Assembly: GCA_046483495.1 (NCBI GenBank)
Contig: JAWODC010000012.1
Span: 1-40,325, forward strand
Direction: 5' to 3'
Origin: Desulfobacterales bacterium
GTDB taxonomy: Bacteria > Desulfobacterota > Desulfobacteria > Desulfobacterales > UBA5616
DNA length: 40,325 nt
Position 1 is the first letter of the stretch. Each line of letters begins with the position of its first letter. The notes under the pieces are model-generated. The model was not told where the DNA came from. It ran no database searches and worked only from the letters and a program-made list of their open reading frames with translations. A program made the translations under genes and the position numbers. Below are positions 1-9,120 of this stretch, in pieces.

Positions 1-177
1 TCGCTCCTTCTCCTCCGGAGCCTTGTCAATCTGGTCAAACGGGATAAACTGCGCCATCCCCTTCAACCCCATATGCTTCGTGATCGCCGCCGTCAACGTC
101 GTCTTGCCGTGATCGATGTGTCCGATCGTCCCTACATTCACATGCGGCTTTGTCCTCTGAAACTTTTCCTTCGCCAT
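1..177 (-). CDS. tuf: Elongation factor Tu, N-terminal 59 codons (runs off window)
   Basis: Manual translation [33 protein letters not shown]...[11 protein letters not shown]1 motif GHIDHGKT; lies downstream of the Thr-Tyr-Gly-Thr tRNAs as in tufB operons. Confidence 0.98.
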   Translation of the reverse strand, partial: MAKEKFQRTKPHVNVGTIGHIDHGKTTLTAAITKHMGLKGMAQFIPFDQIDKAPEEKER

Positions 178-400
178 TTTAGCGTCCCTCCATGACTTTG
201 GTACGTTTTGTATTCATATCATTTTCCGGGAAAATTCAATTAACCGGCAAACCGAATGCCCTGGCCCAAAATACCTTCCATATCCTGCCATTGAATGTAT
301 CGAATACATCAGCAGACTCCATTTGCGGTGGCGGCTGAATGTGTGGGGGACGTTTCGTTACAGCCCCGTCCGGCCTATTCAGTTTTCCGTAAAACAGCAA

Positions 401-477
401 TGGAGCCCACGACCGGAATCGAACCGGTGAACCTCTTCCTTACCAAGGAAGCGCTCTACCGTCTGAGCTACGTGGGC
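401..477 (-). tRNA. tRNA-Thr(GGT)
   Basis: GCCCACGTAGCTCAG...CTTCC-TTGGTAA-GGAAG...GGTTCGATTCC...GTGGGCTCCA; cloverleaf with encoded CCA. Confidence 0.97.
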
Positions 478-555
478 TTTATGCCAAAGCGTCCGCATAG
501 TTTTTATTGCATATCACGCAAAACGCACGGTACTATTCTTAAACGGGTCTTAAAC

Positions 556-631
556 TGGAGCGGGAGACGAGACTCGAACTCGCGACATCTAGCTTGGAAG
601 GCTAGAGCTCTACCAACTGAGCTACTCCCGC
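556..631 (-). tRNA. tRNA-Gly(TCC)
   Basis: GCGGGAGTAGCTCAGTTGGTAGAGC-TCTAGC-CTTCCAA-GCTAG...GTTCGAGTC...CCCGCTCCA. Confidence 0.97.
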
Positions 632-710
632 CTGCCGTTTCAGGCATCCGTAAACCCAAAATCCGGCAACGTTTTTTTCCTAAATCGCCTACATAAACGT
701 TCGTGCAGGT

Positions 711-795
711 TGGTGGTGGGGGGAGGATTCGAACCTCCGAAGGCTTCGCCGACAGATTTACAGTCTGTTCCCTTTGGCCGGTCGGGAACCCCACC
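711..795 (-). tRNA. tRNA-Tyr(GTA)
   Basis: GGTGGGGTTCCCGA...ACAGA-CTGTAAA-TCTGT, long variable arm, GGTTCGAATCC, CCA end; 85 nt. Confidence 0.96.
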
Positions 796-799
796 CGGG

Positions 800-875
800 T
801 GGAGCCAGAGACAGGAGTCGAACCCGCGACATCCTCATTACAAGTGAGGCGCTCTACCAACTGAGCTACTCTGGC
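800..875 (-). tRNA. tRNA-Thr(TGT)
   Basis: GCCAGAGTAGCTCAGTTGGTAGAGC...CCTCA-CTTGTAA-TGAGG...GGTTCGACTCC...CTGGCTCCA. Confidence 0.97.
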
Positions 876-937
876 CACACTTCGTTTCATGTGAAATTTC
901 AAACCCTTTGTTACTATTTCAGACAAATGAATCAGCA

Positions 938-966
938 TTTATAACTTTATTTTTTCAAAAGATCAA
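938..966 (-). promoter_or_regulatory. Candidate sigma70 promoter of the tRNA-tuf operon
   Basis: Minus-strand TTGATC-N17-TATAAA in AT-rich DNA about 60 nt upstream of the first tRNA. Confidence 0.4.
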
Positions 967-1103
967 GAATTTTTTCGTACATGATTTTTTTCCAGAAAAA
1001 AAGACCGATGTCCCCGAAGAAATGTCAAAAACCGACAACAAATAATTATGCTCTATTTTTATATTGATAACAAGCTTTTTATTAAATAAAATAAGATCCA
1101 GCC

Positions 1104-2300
1104 ATGTTCGAAACCCTGAAAAACGATGTTCGGTCGCTTCAGCAAGAGATGATGATGCTGCGCCGGGATTTTCATATGCATCCCGAGCTCGGAATGACTG
1201 AAGTCCGCACAGCCGACAAAATCATGCATTATTTAAAAGAGCTCGATCTTCACCCGGTCGGTGGAATCGCCCAAACCGGCGTGGCGTGCATGATCGAAGG
1301 GAACGGGAAAGGAAAAACCCTTCTTCTTCGGGCGGATATGGATGCACTCCCGATTTTGGAAAAAACCGATGTTCCGTTTCGCTCCCAAAACGACGGTGTA
1401 ATGCATGCCTGCGCTCACGACGGGCACATGGCGATTCTTCTTGCCGCCGGCAAACTGTTGACCGCCCGACAAAAGCATTTTCCGGGAAACATCAAGCTCG
1501 TCTTCCAACCCGGCGAAGAGGGTCTTGCCGGCGCTTTTTTCATGATCCATGAAGGGGTTCTTGAAAATCCGAAAGTCGATGCCGCCTTGGGCCTTCACCT
1601 TTTTTCCACCTTTCCCACCGGCCAAATTCGGGTCCGGGAGGGTGATCTAATGGCAAGTGTAGACCAATTTACCCTTGAAATACACGGGAAGAGCGGACAC
1701 GGTGCCATGCCCGAGTCGGGAATAGACGCCGTTCATATCGCGGGGCACGTGATAACCGGCCTCCAGGGAATAGTGGCCAGGGAATTGCCGGCCCAATCGC
1801 CGGCCGTTATTCACATCGGCAAAATCCATGGCGGCACGGCACAAAATATCATTGCGGATAACGTGGTTCTCAGCGGAAGCGTTCGGACACTGAATGAAAA
1901 AACCCGTACGCATGTGGAAGAGCGGATGAATACGCTCTTAAACAAAATCGTATCCGCCTTCGGAGGAACTTGCACGTTTACCTATACGCGGGGATATCCG
2001 ATATTAAGAAACGACCCCGGTATGACCCAACTCATCGAACAGACGGCAAAACAGGTCGTGGGCTCCGAAAATGTCATCACGGCCGATCCGATAATGGGGA
2101 GCGAGGATATGGCCTTTTTCCTGGAAAAGGTGCCGGGATGTTTCTTTTTCGTAGGCGCCGGAAACGAGGAGAAAAGATGCCGCTACCCTCATCATTCCGA
2201 ATTGTTCAATTTCGACGAAGACGCCCTTGTCGTCGGCCTTGAAACGTTGGTCCGGGGGGCATTGACTTACCTCAATACCCATACCACCTCCAACCCATAA
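1104..2300 (+). CDS. M20 family amidohydrolase (hippurate hydrolase/aminoacylase-like)
   Basis: Motifs RRDFHMHPELG, LRADMDALP, MHACAHDGH, FQPGEE, GSEDMAFF, HH. Confidence 0.93.
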   Translation: MFETLKNDVRSLQQEMMMLRRDFHMHPELGMTEVRTADKIMHYLKELDLHPVGGIAQTGVACMIEGNGKGKTLLLRADMDALPILEKTDVPFRSQNDGVMHACAHDGHMAILLAAGKLLTARQKHFPGNIKLVFQPGEEGLAGAFFMIHEGVLENPKVDAALGLHLFSTFPTGQIRVREGDLMASVDQFTLEIHGKSGHGAMPESGIDAVHIAGHVITGLQGIVARELPAQSPAVIHIGKIHGGTAQNIIADNVVLSGSVRTLNEKTRTHVEERMNTLLNKIVSAFGGTCTFTYTRGYPILRNDPGMTQLIEQTAKQVVGSENVITADPIMGSEDMAFFLEKVPGCFFFVGAGNEEKRCRYPHHSELFNFDEDALVVGLETLVRGALTYLNTHTTSNP

Positions 2301-2362
2301 CCCCTTACCCATCAACCATCAACCCTTACCCATTACCCCTTACCCATTACCCATCACCCGTT
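2293..2362 (+). repeat. Ten-unit heptamer tandem array, consensus about ACCCATY/ACCCCTT
   Basis: acccata acccctt acccatc aaccatc aaccctt acccatt acccctt acccatt acccatc acccgtt, between two convergent genes. Confidence 0.9.
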
Positions 2363-2365
2363 TTT

Positions 2366-3157
2366 TCAATCACACGTATTGCCCCCGTCCACCATGTACA
2401 CCCCGCCGGTGCAGAAGCTGCTCTCATCACCGGCGAGAAACAGCATCACGTTCGCCACTTCTTCGGGGGTGGCATATCGCCCCATCGGCATTCCCTGAAG
2501 AATCAGCTCCTTGGACGGAAGATGCTCCACATCCGGTTCAACGGCTTCCATCATTGTCCCGTATCCGCTTTCCAGAGACTGCATCATCCGGCTTTCAACG
2601 GGTGAGGGATTGACGGTATTCACCCGAATGTTCAAGGGTGCGCATTCAAGAGCGGCTGAGCGCATCATCCCGATAACGGCATGCTTGCTGCAGGTATAGG
2701 CCGAAACCCCTGCGGATCCGGTAACGCCGGCAACGGAAGAACTGATGACGATGCTTCCGGCACCCTTAAATGCCATAACGGGAATGACATATTTAAGCCC
2801 GAGCCAGACACCCCGAACATTCACGGCTATCACCTTGTCGAATATATCGATCGGATAATCGGGCAAAGGCTGAACAACGCCCTCGATCCCGGCATTATTT
2901 AAAAAAACATCTATCCCGCCGTACCGGTCCACTGCCGTGTTAACGTACCCCTGCACCGATTCGGGATCGGAAACATCAGCCACCGCATACGTGACATGAT
3001 CGCTTCCAATCGACTGTACGGCCTCTTCCAGGGTGTCTTTATTCATGTCAACCAGCAATACACGCGATCCTTCTTTTTCGAACAGTTTTGCAGCGGCCAT
3101 GCCGATGACGCCGGCTCCGCCGGTGATAACAGAAACCTTTCCAGTAAGTCGGCCCAT
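2366..3157 (-). CDS. Short-chain dehydrogenase/reductase (NAD-dependent)
   Basis: TGGAGVIG Rossmann motif, NNAG, YTCSK (YxxxK), C-terminal VDGG. Confidence 0.95.
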   Translation of the reverse strand: MGRLTGKVSVITGGAGVIGMAAAKLFEKEGSRVLLVDMNKDTLEEAVQSIGSDHVTYAVADVSDPESVQGYVNTAVDRYGGIDVFLNNAGIEGVVQPLPDYPIDIFDKVIAVNVRGVWLGLKYVIPVMAFKGAGSIVISSSVAGVTGSAGVSAYTCSKHAVIGMMRSAALECAPLNIRVNTVNPSPVESRMMQSLESGYGTMMEAVEPDVEHLPSKELILQGMPMGRYATPEEVANVMLFLAGDESSFCTGGVYMVDGGNTCD

Positions 3158-3181
3158 TTTTCCTCCTTATATATGCCCGAT

Positions 3182-3216
3182 GGTTATAGGTTAAAGGTGA
3201 CGGGTTATAGGTGTGG
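3182..3216 (+). repeat. Degenerate heptamer array (GGTTATA-like), opposite orientation to the 2293 array
   Basis: ggttata ggttaaa ggtgacg ggttata ggtgtgg. Confidence 0.6.
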
Positions 3217-3284
3217 ATGGGGGGGGGAATAAAGACCCGATCCGCTCTGACTTTAAGCTTTGATCCTTCAGCATTGCGCTCATC

Positions 3285-4418
3285 TTACCCTGCGACTCGA
3301 TTCAGAGCGTACTCAATCTCTTCCTTGACAATGCCCGTCGCCGAATGTCGACGAAGTTCAAGGGCTTCTTTCGCCTTTTCCCCTCCCATGCGCCCCAGAG
3401 ACCACGCCGCCATTCCCCGCACCACATCGTAGGGGTTTTCATTCAAAGCGCCGATCAGGACCCCTGCATAATCCCGATCCGCCATATTTCCCAGTGCCCT
3501 GGCGGCGTTCATTTGCCATTTAAAGATGTTGTCTTTTGAAATGTAAAAGGCTAGCGGCCAAACATTTCGGTGATAGTGATTCTCGCCCATCTGCAGCAGA
3601 GCGGCCGGGTCGAAATCCGCAGACCGGGCCATAAGATCCGGGTTTTCCGGGAGATGCTGATTCATCCATGGCTGGTTTCTCGGACAGACTTCCTGGCAGC
3701 GATCGCATCCATAAATCCATGTGCCCATCGGTTCGCGCAAGGCCATGGGTGTTATCCCGTCCCCTGAATAGTACGAGTTATAGGCAATGCAGAGTCTCGG
3801 GTTCATTTTTTTGGGCGCGTACAGCGCCCCTGTCGGACATGCCGCAATGCATGCTTCCTTGCACCATTCGGGACACCCCAGTTCGATGGAGGGTTCATCC
3901 GGAGGAATTTCGACATCCAGAACGATAGGGATGCTCTCAAGCCACGAAGCGCCCCGCATGCTGTTTTTGGCGTAAGCGAAGCAATTCTTGCCGTATGTCG
4001 CAATCCCTGCCCGGGCGGCGGACATTCGGGCCGGTATTTCTTCATCGAACCGGAAGCGGATCCTTTCGGACTTGAGAAATGCAAAAAAATCCATGATTCG
4101 CCGATGCTCCTCGCCGTGCTCGATGCGCTCGTCAACCTGATAACACCTGCCGATAACACCCTTCATTTGTTCGGGAAACGCTCTTCTATGGTAATTGCGG
4201 ATCAAAACGAGGAGCGATCTCGCCCAAGGATATTTCCGGCCGAAATCCGCACCGCGACGAACGTTGAAAGCGTCCGTTTGCACCCAGTTGTACATGTTTT
4301 CAGGCCGGGAATCGATTTCTTCGATATACAGGTCCAAGGGCCCTGCATGGGTAAAGCCGATGTCGGCAAATCCCATTTCCAGGGCTTTTTCCATAATTCT
4401 ATTTTTCAATGAACTCAC
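3285..4418 (-). CDS. Epoxyqueuosine reductase (QueG)-like 4Fe-4S protein with C-terminal HEAT-like repeats
   Basis: AARAGIATYGKN, CPEWCKEACIAACPTGAL, CIAYNSY, YGCDRCQEVCPRN, HEAT-like NAARALGN/VRGMAAWSLG; start uncertain by a few codons. Confidence 0.8.
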   Translation of the reverse strand: MSSLKNRIMEKALEMGFADIGFTHAGPLDLYIEEIDSRPENMYNWVQTDAFNVRRGADFGRKYPWARSLLVLIRNYHRRAFPEQMKGVIGRCYQVDERIEHGEEHRRIMDFFAFLKSERIRFRFDEEIPARMSAARAGIATYGKNCFAYAKNSMRGASWLESIPIVLDVEIPPDEPSIELGCPEWCKEACIAACPTGALYAPKKMNPRLCIAYNSYYSGDGITPMALREPMGTWIYGCDRCQEVCPRNQPWMNQHLPENPDLMARSADFDPAALLQMGENHYHRNVWPLAFYISKDNIFKWQMNAARALGNMADRDYAGVLIGALNENPYDVVRGMAAWSLGRMGGEKAKEALELRRHSATGIVKEEIEYALNRVAG

Positions 4419-4492
4419 CCTCCTTTACCGGCAGATAATTCATGCGATTGTTCATTGCGGTATGAATACGTCCTTGCCGAAGGTCGTTGCCA

Positions 4493-6043
4493 TCAAGGTC
4501 TGAAGGTAAACGTCACGGGACCGGGGGTCATGGCTTTCCGTGCCAAGCCGGCCCACCTGCAGAGAATCGGACGCGTATCCCGGGGATCGATAATTTCGTC
4601 GATTTCAAAATATTCCGCCGACCGAAAGGGAGACCGCACCCGATTAAGCCGTTCCTTTATCCGTGCGAGATGAGCCGCATAATCGTTTGCCGCCGACAAC
4701 TCGGCTTTATAGCCGACTTCGATGCCCCCTTCTATCGGCAATGATCCCCAATCTCCGGAAGGCCAGGCATATCGAAAATGATTGCTTCCCGCTTTTTGGT
4801 TGGAGCTGCCCGCAACTCCGAACGCCTTCCGGACAACAATGCAGCAATAAGGAACATGGGACTGTCCAAGGGCCGCCAGGGTCTGTACGCCATGCCGGAT
4901 GGTTGCTGTCTCTTCGGCCTCTTTGCCGATCAAAAATCCCGGACAGTCCTCCAGATGAATCAGGGGAAGGTGAAAGGTGGATGACAAATCGATGAAGCGG
5001 GTGAGCTTCCGGGATGAATCGGCCGTCCATGCGCCGGCATAATAATTGGGGTCTTCAGCGAAAACGGCGACAGGTATTCCGTCAAATCTGGCAAACCCGG
5101 TAATGATCGGTCTGCCCCATTTTCTCCCGATTTCGAAAAAGGAATTCCGGTCGACAACAGCGGATATAACAGCATGCATATTGTAGGGCTTGCGCGGATC
5201 TCTCGGGATGATATCGACAAGCTTCTGTTCCCTGCGGCCGGGGCTGTCTCCCGCATCGAAGACCGGCGGAAGCTCATCGACATTCGTCGGAAGGTACGAA
5301 AGAAACCGGCGCGCCATGTCAAAAGCCTCCATTTCGGTGGTCGCCTCATCATCGATGGCACCGTTGCGGGTATGGATACGGGCATGGCCGAGTTCTTCTT
5401 TTGAAACATTACCAAGCCTGGCCCAGTCCACCAAAGCGGGGCCGGCCACCATCATCTGGGCGCTGCCGGCGACGATCACGGAATAGTGGCTCGTCGTAAT
5501 TCTTGCCGCTCCCAATCCGGCCGCAGAACCAAGGCCGAGAGAAATGGACGGAGCCACCGCAAGATGCTGCAGCACGAGCTCCCAGCCGCGCAGTTCCGGA
5601 ATATACGTTCTCCCCGCCATTTCGATGGTCTTGACCGAACCGCCGCCGGCCATCCCATCAATAAGCCGTACATGAGGGAGCTTCAGTTCACAGGCGAATC
5701 CTTCGGCACGGATTCGTTTTTCGGCGATGGAGGCATCCGAAGATCCACCGCGGACGGTAAAATCGTCCCCTGAAACAACTACCGGCCGATGGCTGATGGT
5801 AGCGGTTCCGAACACGAAATTGGATGCCGTAAAATTCACCAATTCGCCGTTTTCATCGTATTCCGCACGGCCTGCAAGCGTGCCCGTTTCATGAAATGAA
5901 GCATCATCGACAATACCCGCAATCCGCTCACGCACGGTCAATTTTCCGAATTCATGCTGACGCGCGACTTTTTCCTCGCCGCCCATGCGATAGGCCAGCC
6001 CGGCACGCCGATGCAACTCCTCGATTTCCTTTTGCCAACTCAT
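4493..6043 (-). CDS. Acyl-CoA carboxylase/decarboxylase carboxyltransferase (beta) subunit
   Basis: GKLTVRERI, DDFTVRGGS, EELG, DCPGFLIG, VRKAFGVAG, DEIIDPRDTR. Confidence 0.92.
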   Translation of the reverse strand: MSWQKEIEELHRRAGLAYRMGGEEKVARQHEFGKLTVRERIAGIVDDASFHETGTLAGRAEYDENGELVNFTASNFVFGTATISHRPVVVSGDDFTVRGGSSDASIAEKRIRAEGFACELKLPHVRLIDGMAGGGSVKTIEMAGRTYIPELRGWELVLQHLAVAPSISLGLGSAAGLGAARITTSHYSVIVAGSAQMMVAGPALVDWARLGNVSKEELGHARIHTRNGAIDDEATTEMEAFDMARRFLSYLPTNVDELPPVFDAGDSPGRREQKLVDIIPRDPRKPYNMHAVISAVVDRNSFFEIGRKWGRPIITGFARFDGIPVAVFAEDPNYYAGAWTADSSRKLTRFIDLSSTFHLPLIHLEDCPGFLIGKEAEETATIRHGVQTLAALGQSHVPYCCIVVRKAFGVAGSSNQKAGSNHFRYAWPSGDWGSLPIEGGIEVGYKAELSAANDYAAHLARIKERLNRVRSPFRSAEYFEIDEIIDPRDTRPILCRWAGLARKAMTPGPVTFTFRP

Positions 6044-6094
6044 ATTGTAAAGATTTTCTTTCCCGCCGGTTCCTGCGGGCGATTACCCATTCGC

Positions 6095-6427
6095 TTAAAA
6101 AACGAGCGGTGCATATCCCTGTTTGAGAAGATCCGAAATGACGGGGCCGACGTACTTCACGTTCATTCCGATCGCTCTGAGCTGATCCGAATTGCCGTCG
6201 CGGTCCGACAGAAACCGGCAAAACATCGGCTTTTCACTTTCGGCGATTTCCAAGGCCGCTTTTTTGACCTGTTCATTGTCGATAACAAGATTTTGAGCAG
6301 GCCCGAAGAAAATGACCTTGACATCTTCCAGCCAGCCGAATCGTATGGCGTTCTGCGCATACATCAAGCCGGTCAGCGCTTTTTCCGTTTCTCCTGTTGA
6401 AATGATAACCACCGCTTTGTCGCTCAT
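6095..6427 (-). CDS. DsrE-family protein
   Basis: 110 aa; KALTGLMYAQNA...VKVIFFGP...C...YVGPVISDLLKQGY pattern typical of DsrE-like proteins. Confidence 0.75.
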   Translation of the reverse strand: MSDKAVVIISTGETEKALTGLMYAQNAIRFGWLEDVKVIFFGPAQNLVIDNEQVKKAALEIAESEKPMFCRFLSDRDGNSDQLRAIGMNVKYVGPVISDLLKQGYAPLVF

Positions 6428-6456
6428 CTGTGCCTCTCTTTCTCATGGCCGGCCGC

Positions 6457-6532
6457 TGAATTGTGAATCGTGAATCGGATTGGGGACTTTATCCCCCCCA
6501 TCCCGGCCTTCCCCCTCCAGGGGTGAAGGGGA
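6457..6532. repeat. Three TGAATYG heptamers followed by a REP-like CCTTCCCC..GGGG-GAAGG hairpin
   Basis: tgaattg tgaatcg tgaatcg, then ccccccatcccggccttccccctccaggggtgaagggga. Confidence 0.6.
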
Positions 6533-6673
6533 GTTGTTGCGCCGCAAGTCCACTGATCGTAATGCCTTAATTTTCAACAAGTAAACAAAAGTGCCGTTCG
6601 CTTTGCCCACGGTTTGTTTTTTGGTCAAAATAAGCGGCTTCGCCGTATATTTTACGTCTTACGCTCGCTTCTC

Positions 6674-6747
6674 ATCGAAATCGGTATCGGGATCGAAATC
6701 GGGATCGGCTTTTTTTGAATTTCGATATCGATACCGATCCCGATTTC
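6674..6747. repeat. Inverted hexamer arrays (ATCGRN)6 / (NYCGAT)4 able to form a stem-loop
   Basis: atcgaa atcggt atcggg atcgaa atcggg atcggc, spacer, then ttcgat atcgat accgat cccgat; just downstream of the ligase stop. Confidence 0.8.
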
Positions 6748-6767
6748 ATTCGGCAAATCCATTCGGG

Positions 6768-8327
6768 TCACGAAACGCTGTACTGTTCCACCAATTTTTT
6801 TCGCTGCAGTTTGCCGATGGCCGTCCTCGGGAGTTCATCTTTAAAAACCACTTTCCGGGGACACTTGAATGAAGCCAGCTTGTCGCGGGTAAAATCGATA
6901 ATTTCCTCTTCCGTTGCCGACTCCCCCTCTTTCAATACGATGACGGCATAGGGCTGCTGGCCCCACTCCTCGTCGGGAACGCCGATAACGGCCACTTCGG
7001 CGATCTTTGGATGGGTGATCAAGGCTTCCTCGACTTCCTTCGGGGAAATATTTTCACCCCCCCGTATGATGACATCGTCGGCCCTGCCGGTCCGGTAAAT
7101 ATATCCCTCTTCGTCCATCCAGCCCTGGTCCGAGGTCTTGAGCCAACCGTCCCTGGTAAACGCAACTTTTGTTTTTGCTTCATCTTTCCAGTATCCACGC
7201 ATTACCCGGGGACCCCTGGCTACGATTTCACCGATTTGATGGGGCGCCAAAGGATTGTCATCAGGATCGACGATTTGTATTTCAACGTCCGGCAACGGTT
7301 TGCCGATCGAAGTGGCAAGCCGCCTGAGCTTTTTTTCCTTTTCTTCTTCCGTTCCGTCGATTTGATGGTCCTCCGGCCCGAGCATCGTAATCGTGGAGCC
7401 GGTTTCCGTCTGCCCGAAGGCATTGATGAAACTCACACCGGGCATCATTTCAATAGCTTTCTTGATGACGGGAAACGGCATCGCCGCCGCACCGTATGTG
7501 ATCACTTCAAGACTGGAAAGGTCGTACTTGTCGAAATTTTCATGATCGATGACCTGCTTGAGCATGGTTGGAACCAGCATTGCCCGGTTGGCCTTTTCTT
7601 CTTCGACGAGCTGGAGCCATTTTTCAACCTCGAACTGGCGCATCAGCACCAGCGTCCGGCCGCCGTAAACACCGGCAAGCATCCCCTGGACGCCTGCGAC
7701 GTGGTACAAGGGAACGGTAAGAATGTTTTTTTCTTCGGTTTCGGGGTCGGCCGGACTGACATTTTCCAGGATATAGGAGCCGAAGCTTTCATGCGTCAGG
7801 GGCACCGCCTTTGGACGACCCGTCGTGCCGGAGGTGAACATGAGAATCGTAACATCCTCGTCTTCGACTTCGGAAAAATATTCATCCTCGAATTCGGCAT
7901 CCACGAGGTCCTCATAGAACAGCATGTTTTCAAAAGGTGTATCGATGGAGATGCACTTTTCCAGCAACGGAAGGCTGGGAATCATTTCTTTCGCCGATTC
8001 CAGGTACCGTTCACCAACCAGCAGGTACCTGGCTTCAGATGCCGTCAGCATATACTCCAATTCGTCTTTTTTCGCCCGAAAATTCAGGGGAACGAAAATG
8101 GCGCCGGTCTTTGCAGCTGCAAAATATGATTCAATGTATTGCGGACAATTGACACTCAAGATCCCGACTCGGTCGCCTTTTTCAATCCCCATTTCGGCCA
8201 GTTTGAAGGCCAGACTGTTTATGCGGGCCCCTGCCTCCATGTAGGTGGTTCGGGTGCCCTCGAACACCATAAAATCCCGATCAGGGCAAATAGCAGCCGC
8301 TACTGAAAAAAAATCCGTCGTGTTCAT
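6768..8327 (-). CDS. Acyl-CoA synthetase / AMP-binding ligase
   Basis: FTSGTTGRPKAV, FGQTET, GEIVARGP, GRADDVIIRGGENISP, LPRTAIGKL. Confidence 0.95.
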   Translation of the reverse strand: MNTTDFFSVAAAICPDRDFMVFEGTRTTYMEAGARINSLAFKLAEMGIEKGDRVGILSVNCPQYIESYFAAAKTGAIFVPLNFRAKKDELEYMLTASEARYLLVGERYLESAKEMIPSLPLLEKCISIDTPFENMLFYEDLVDAEFEDEYFSEVEDEDVTILMFTSGTTGRPKAVPLTHESFGSYILENVSPADPETEEKNILTVPLYHVAGVQGMLAGVYGGRTLVLMRQFEVEKWLQLVEEEKANRAMLVPTMLKQVIDHENFDKYDLSSLEVITYGAAAMPFPVIKKAIEMMPGVSFINAFGQTETGSTITMLGPEDHQIDGTEEEKEKKLRRLATSIGKPLPDVEIQIVDPDDNPLAPHQIGEIVARGPRVMRGYWKDEAKTKVAFTRDGWLKTSDQGWMDEEGYIYRTGRADDVIIRGGENISPKEVEEALITHPKIAEVAVIGVPDEEWGQQPYAVIVLKEGESATEEEIIDFTRDKLASFKCPRKVVFKDELPRTAIGKLQRKKLVEQYSVS

Positions 8328-8382
8328 TTTTCAATCCTGTATCCTAATTAGAAGTTTATCCAAGTTTCCGGTCTCCTGACCG

Positions 8383-9120
8383 TTAAAAACAGGCCTGAGT
8401 ACCTTTCATGATCCTGCCGGCGATTCTGTCTTCAAGATCCAACCCCTCTGAAAGCGGCAGGTCCATTCCCCGGTTTATCGCCTCCTTGACCGCCTTGACC
8501 GTTGTATAATGGTGCAGCGAAATGCCATCGGCAAGCTTATCGACCGTCGTATAGAGCATATTTTCGGGAACGACACGGTTTACCAGGGAGGCCTTGAGGG
8601 CGGCCTTTGCATCGATCCACCGGTTGGTCAGAGTCATTTCCATGGCCTTGGCAGTCCCCACCGCCCGCGGAATCGTCTGCGTGCCGCCGGCAGCGGGAAT
8701 CATCCCCAGATCCATTTCGGGAAGTCCGAACCGGGCGTTTTCAGAGGCGATACAGATATCGCAGCAGAGCGCGATTTCGATTCCCGATCCCAGTACATAA
8801 CCGTGAACCGCAGCAATCAAGATCTGGGGCATGCGCAGAAAAAGCCCCCAGAGATCACCGTCAAACCGAATTTCCCTGGCTGCTGTCGGCGAAGGCGCCG
8901 TCAAAAACTCGCTGATATCGGCACCCGCGCAAAAAGCCTTTTCACCGGCGCCTTTGAACACCACGACCCGCACTTCATCATCATCCCGAATGGCGCCGAG
9001 CACCTCGATCATGTCATCCCGCATCTGAACGTTATGGGCGTTCAATGCGCGGGGCCGATTAAGCGTTACGGTGGCGACATGGTCCACCTTTTCAAAAATC
9101 AGTGTTTCGAATGCACTCAT
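8383..9120 (-). CDS. Enoyl-CoA hydratase/isomerase family
   Basis: LNRPRALNA, AFCAGADI, GSGIE and GLPE (both catalytic Glu), GGTQ. Confidence 0.93.
   Translation of the reverse strand: MSAFETLIFEKVDHVATVTLNRPRALNAHNVQMRDDMIEVLGAIRDDDEVRVVVFKGAGEKAFCAGADISEFLTAPSPTAAREIRFDGDLWGLFLRMPQILIAAVHGYVLGSGIEIALCCDICIASENARFGLPEMDLGMIPAAGGTQTIPRAVGTAKAMEMTLTNRWIDAKAALKASLVNRVVPENMLYTTVDKLADGISLHHYTTVKAVKEAINRGMDLPLSEGLDLEDRIAGRIMKGTQACF

Noticed and set aside
295..938. ORFs 295-696 (+) and 504-938 (-)
   Set aside because: They overlap four clear tRNA genes and their translations are tRNA-derived artefacts
401..1100. Prophage or island integrated at the tRNA cluster
   Set aside because: No integrase and no duplicated tRNA 3' end seen in the window
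2293..2362. Possible CRISPR array or telomere-like repeat
   Set aside because: Units are 7 bp with no spacers and no cas genes are present
7011..8129. 372-aa plus-strand ORF
   Set aside because: Antisense shadow of the acyl-CoA ligase with no recognisable motifs
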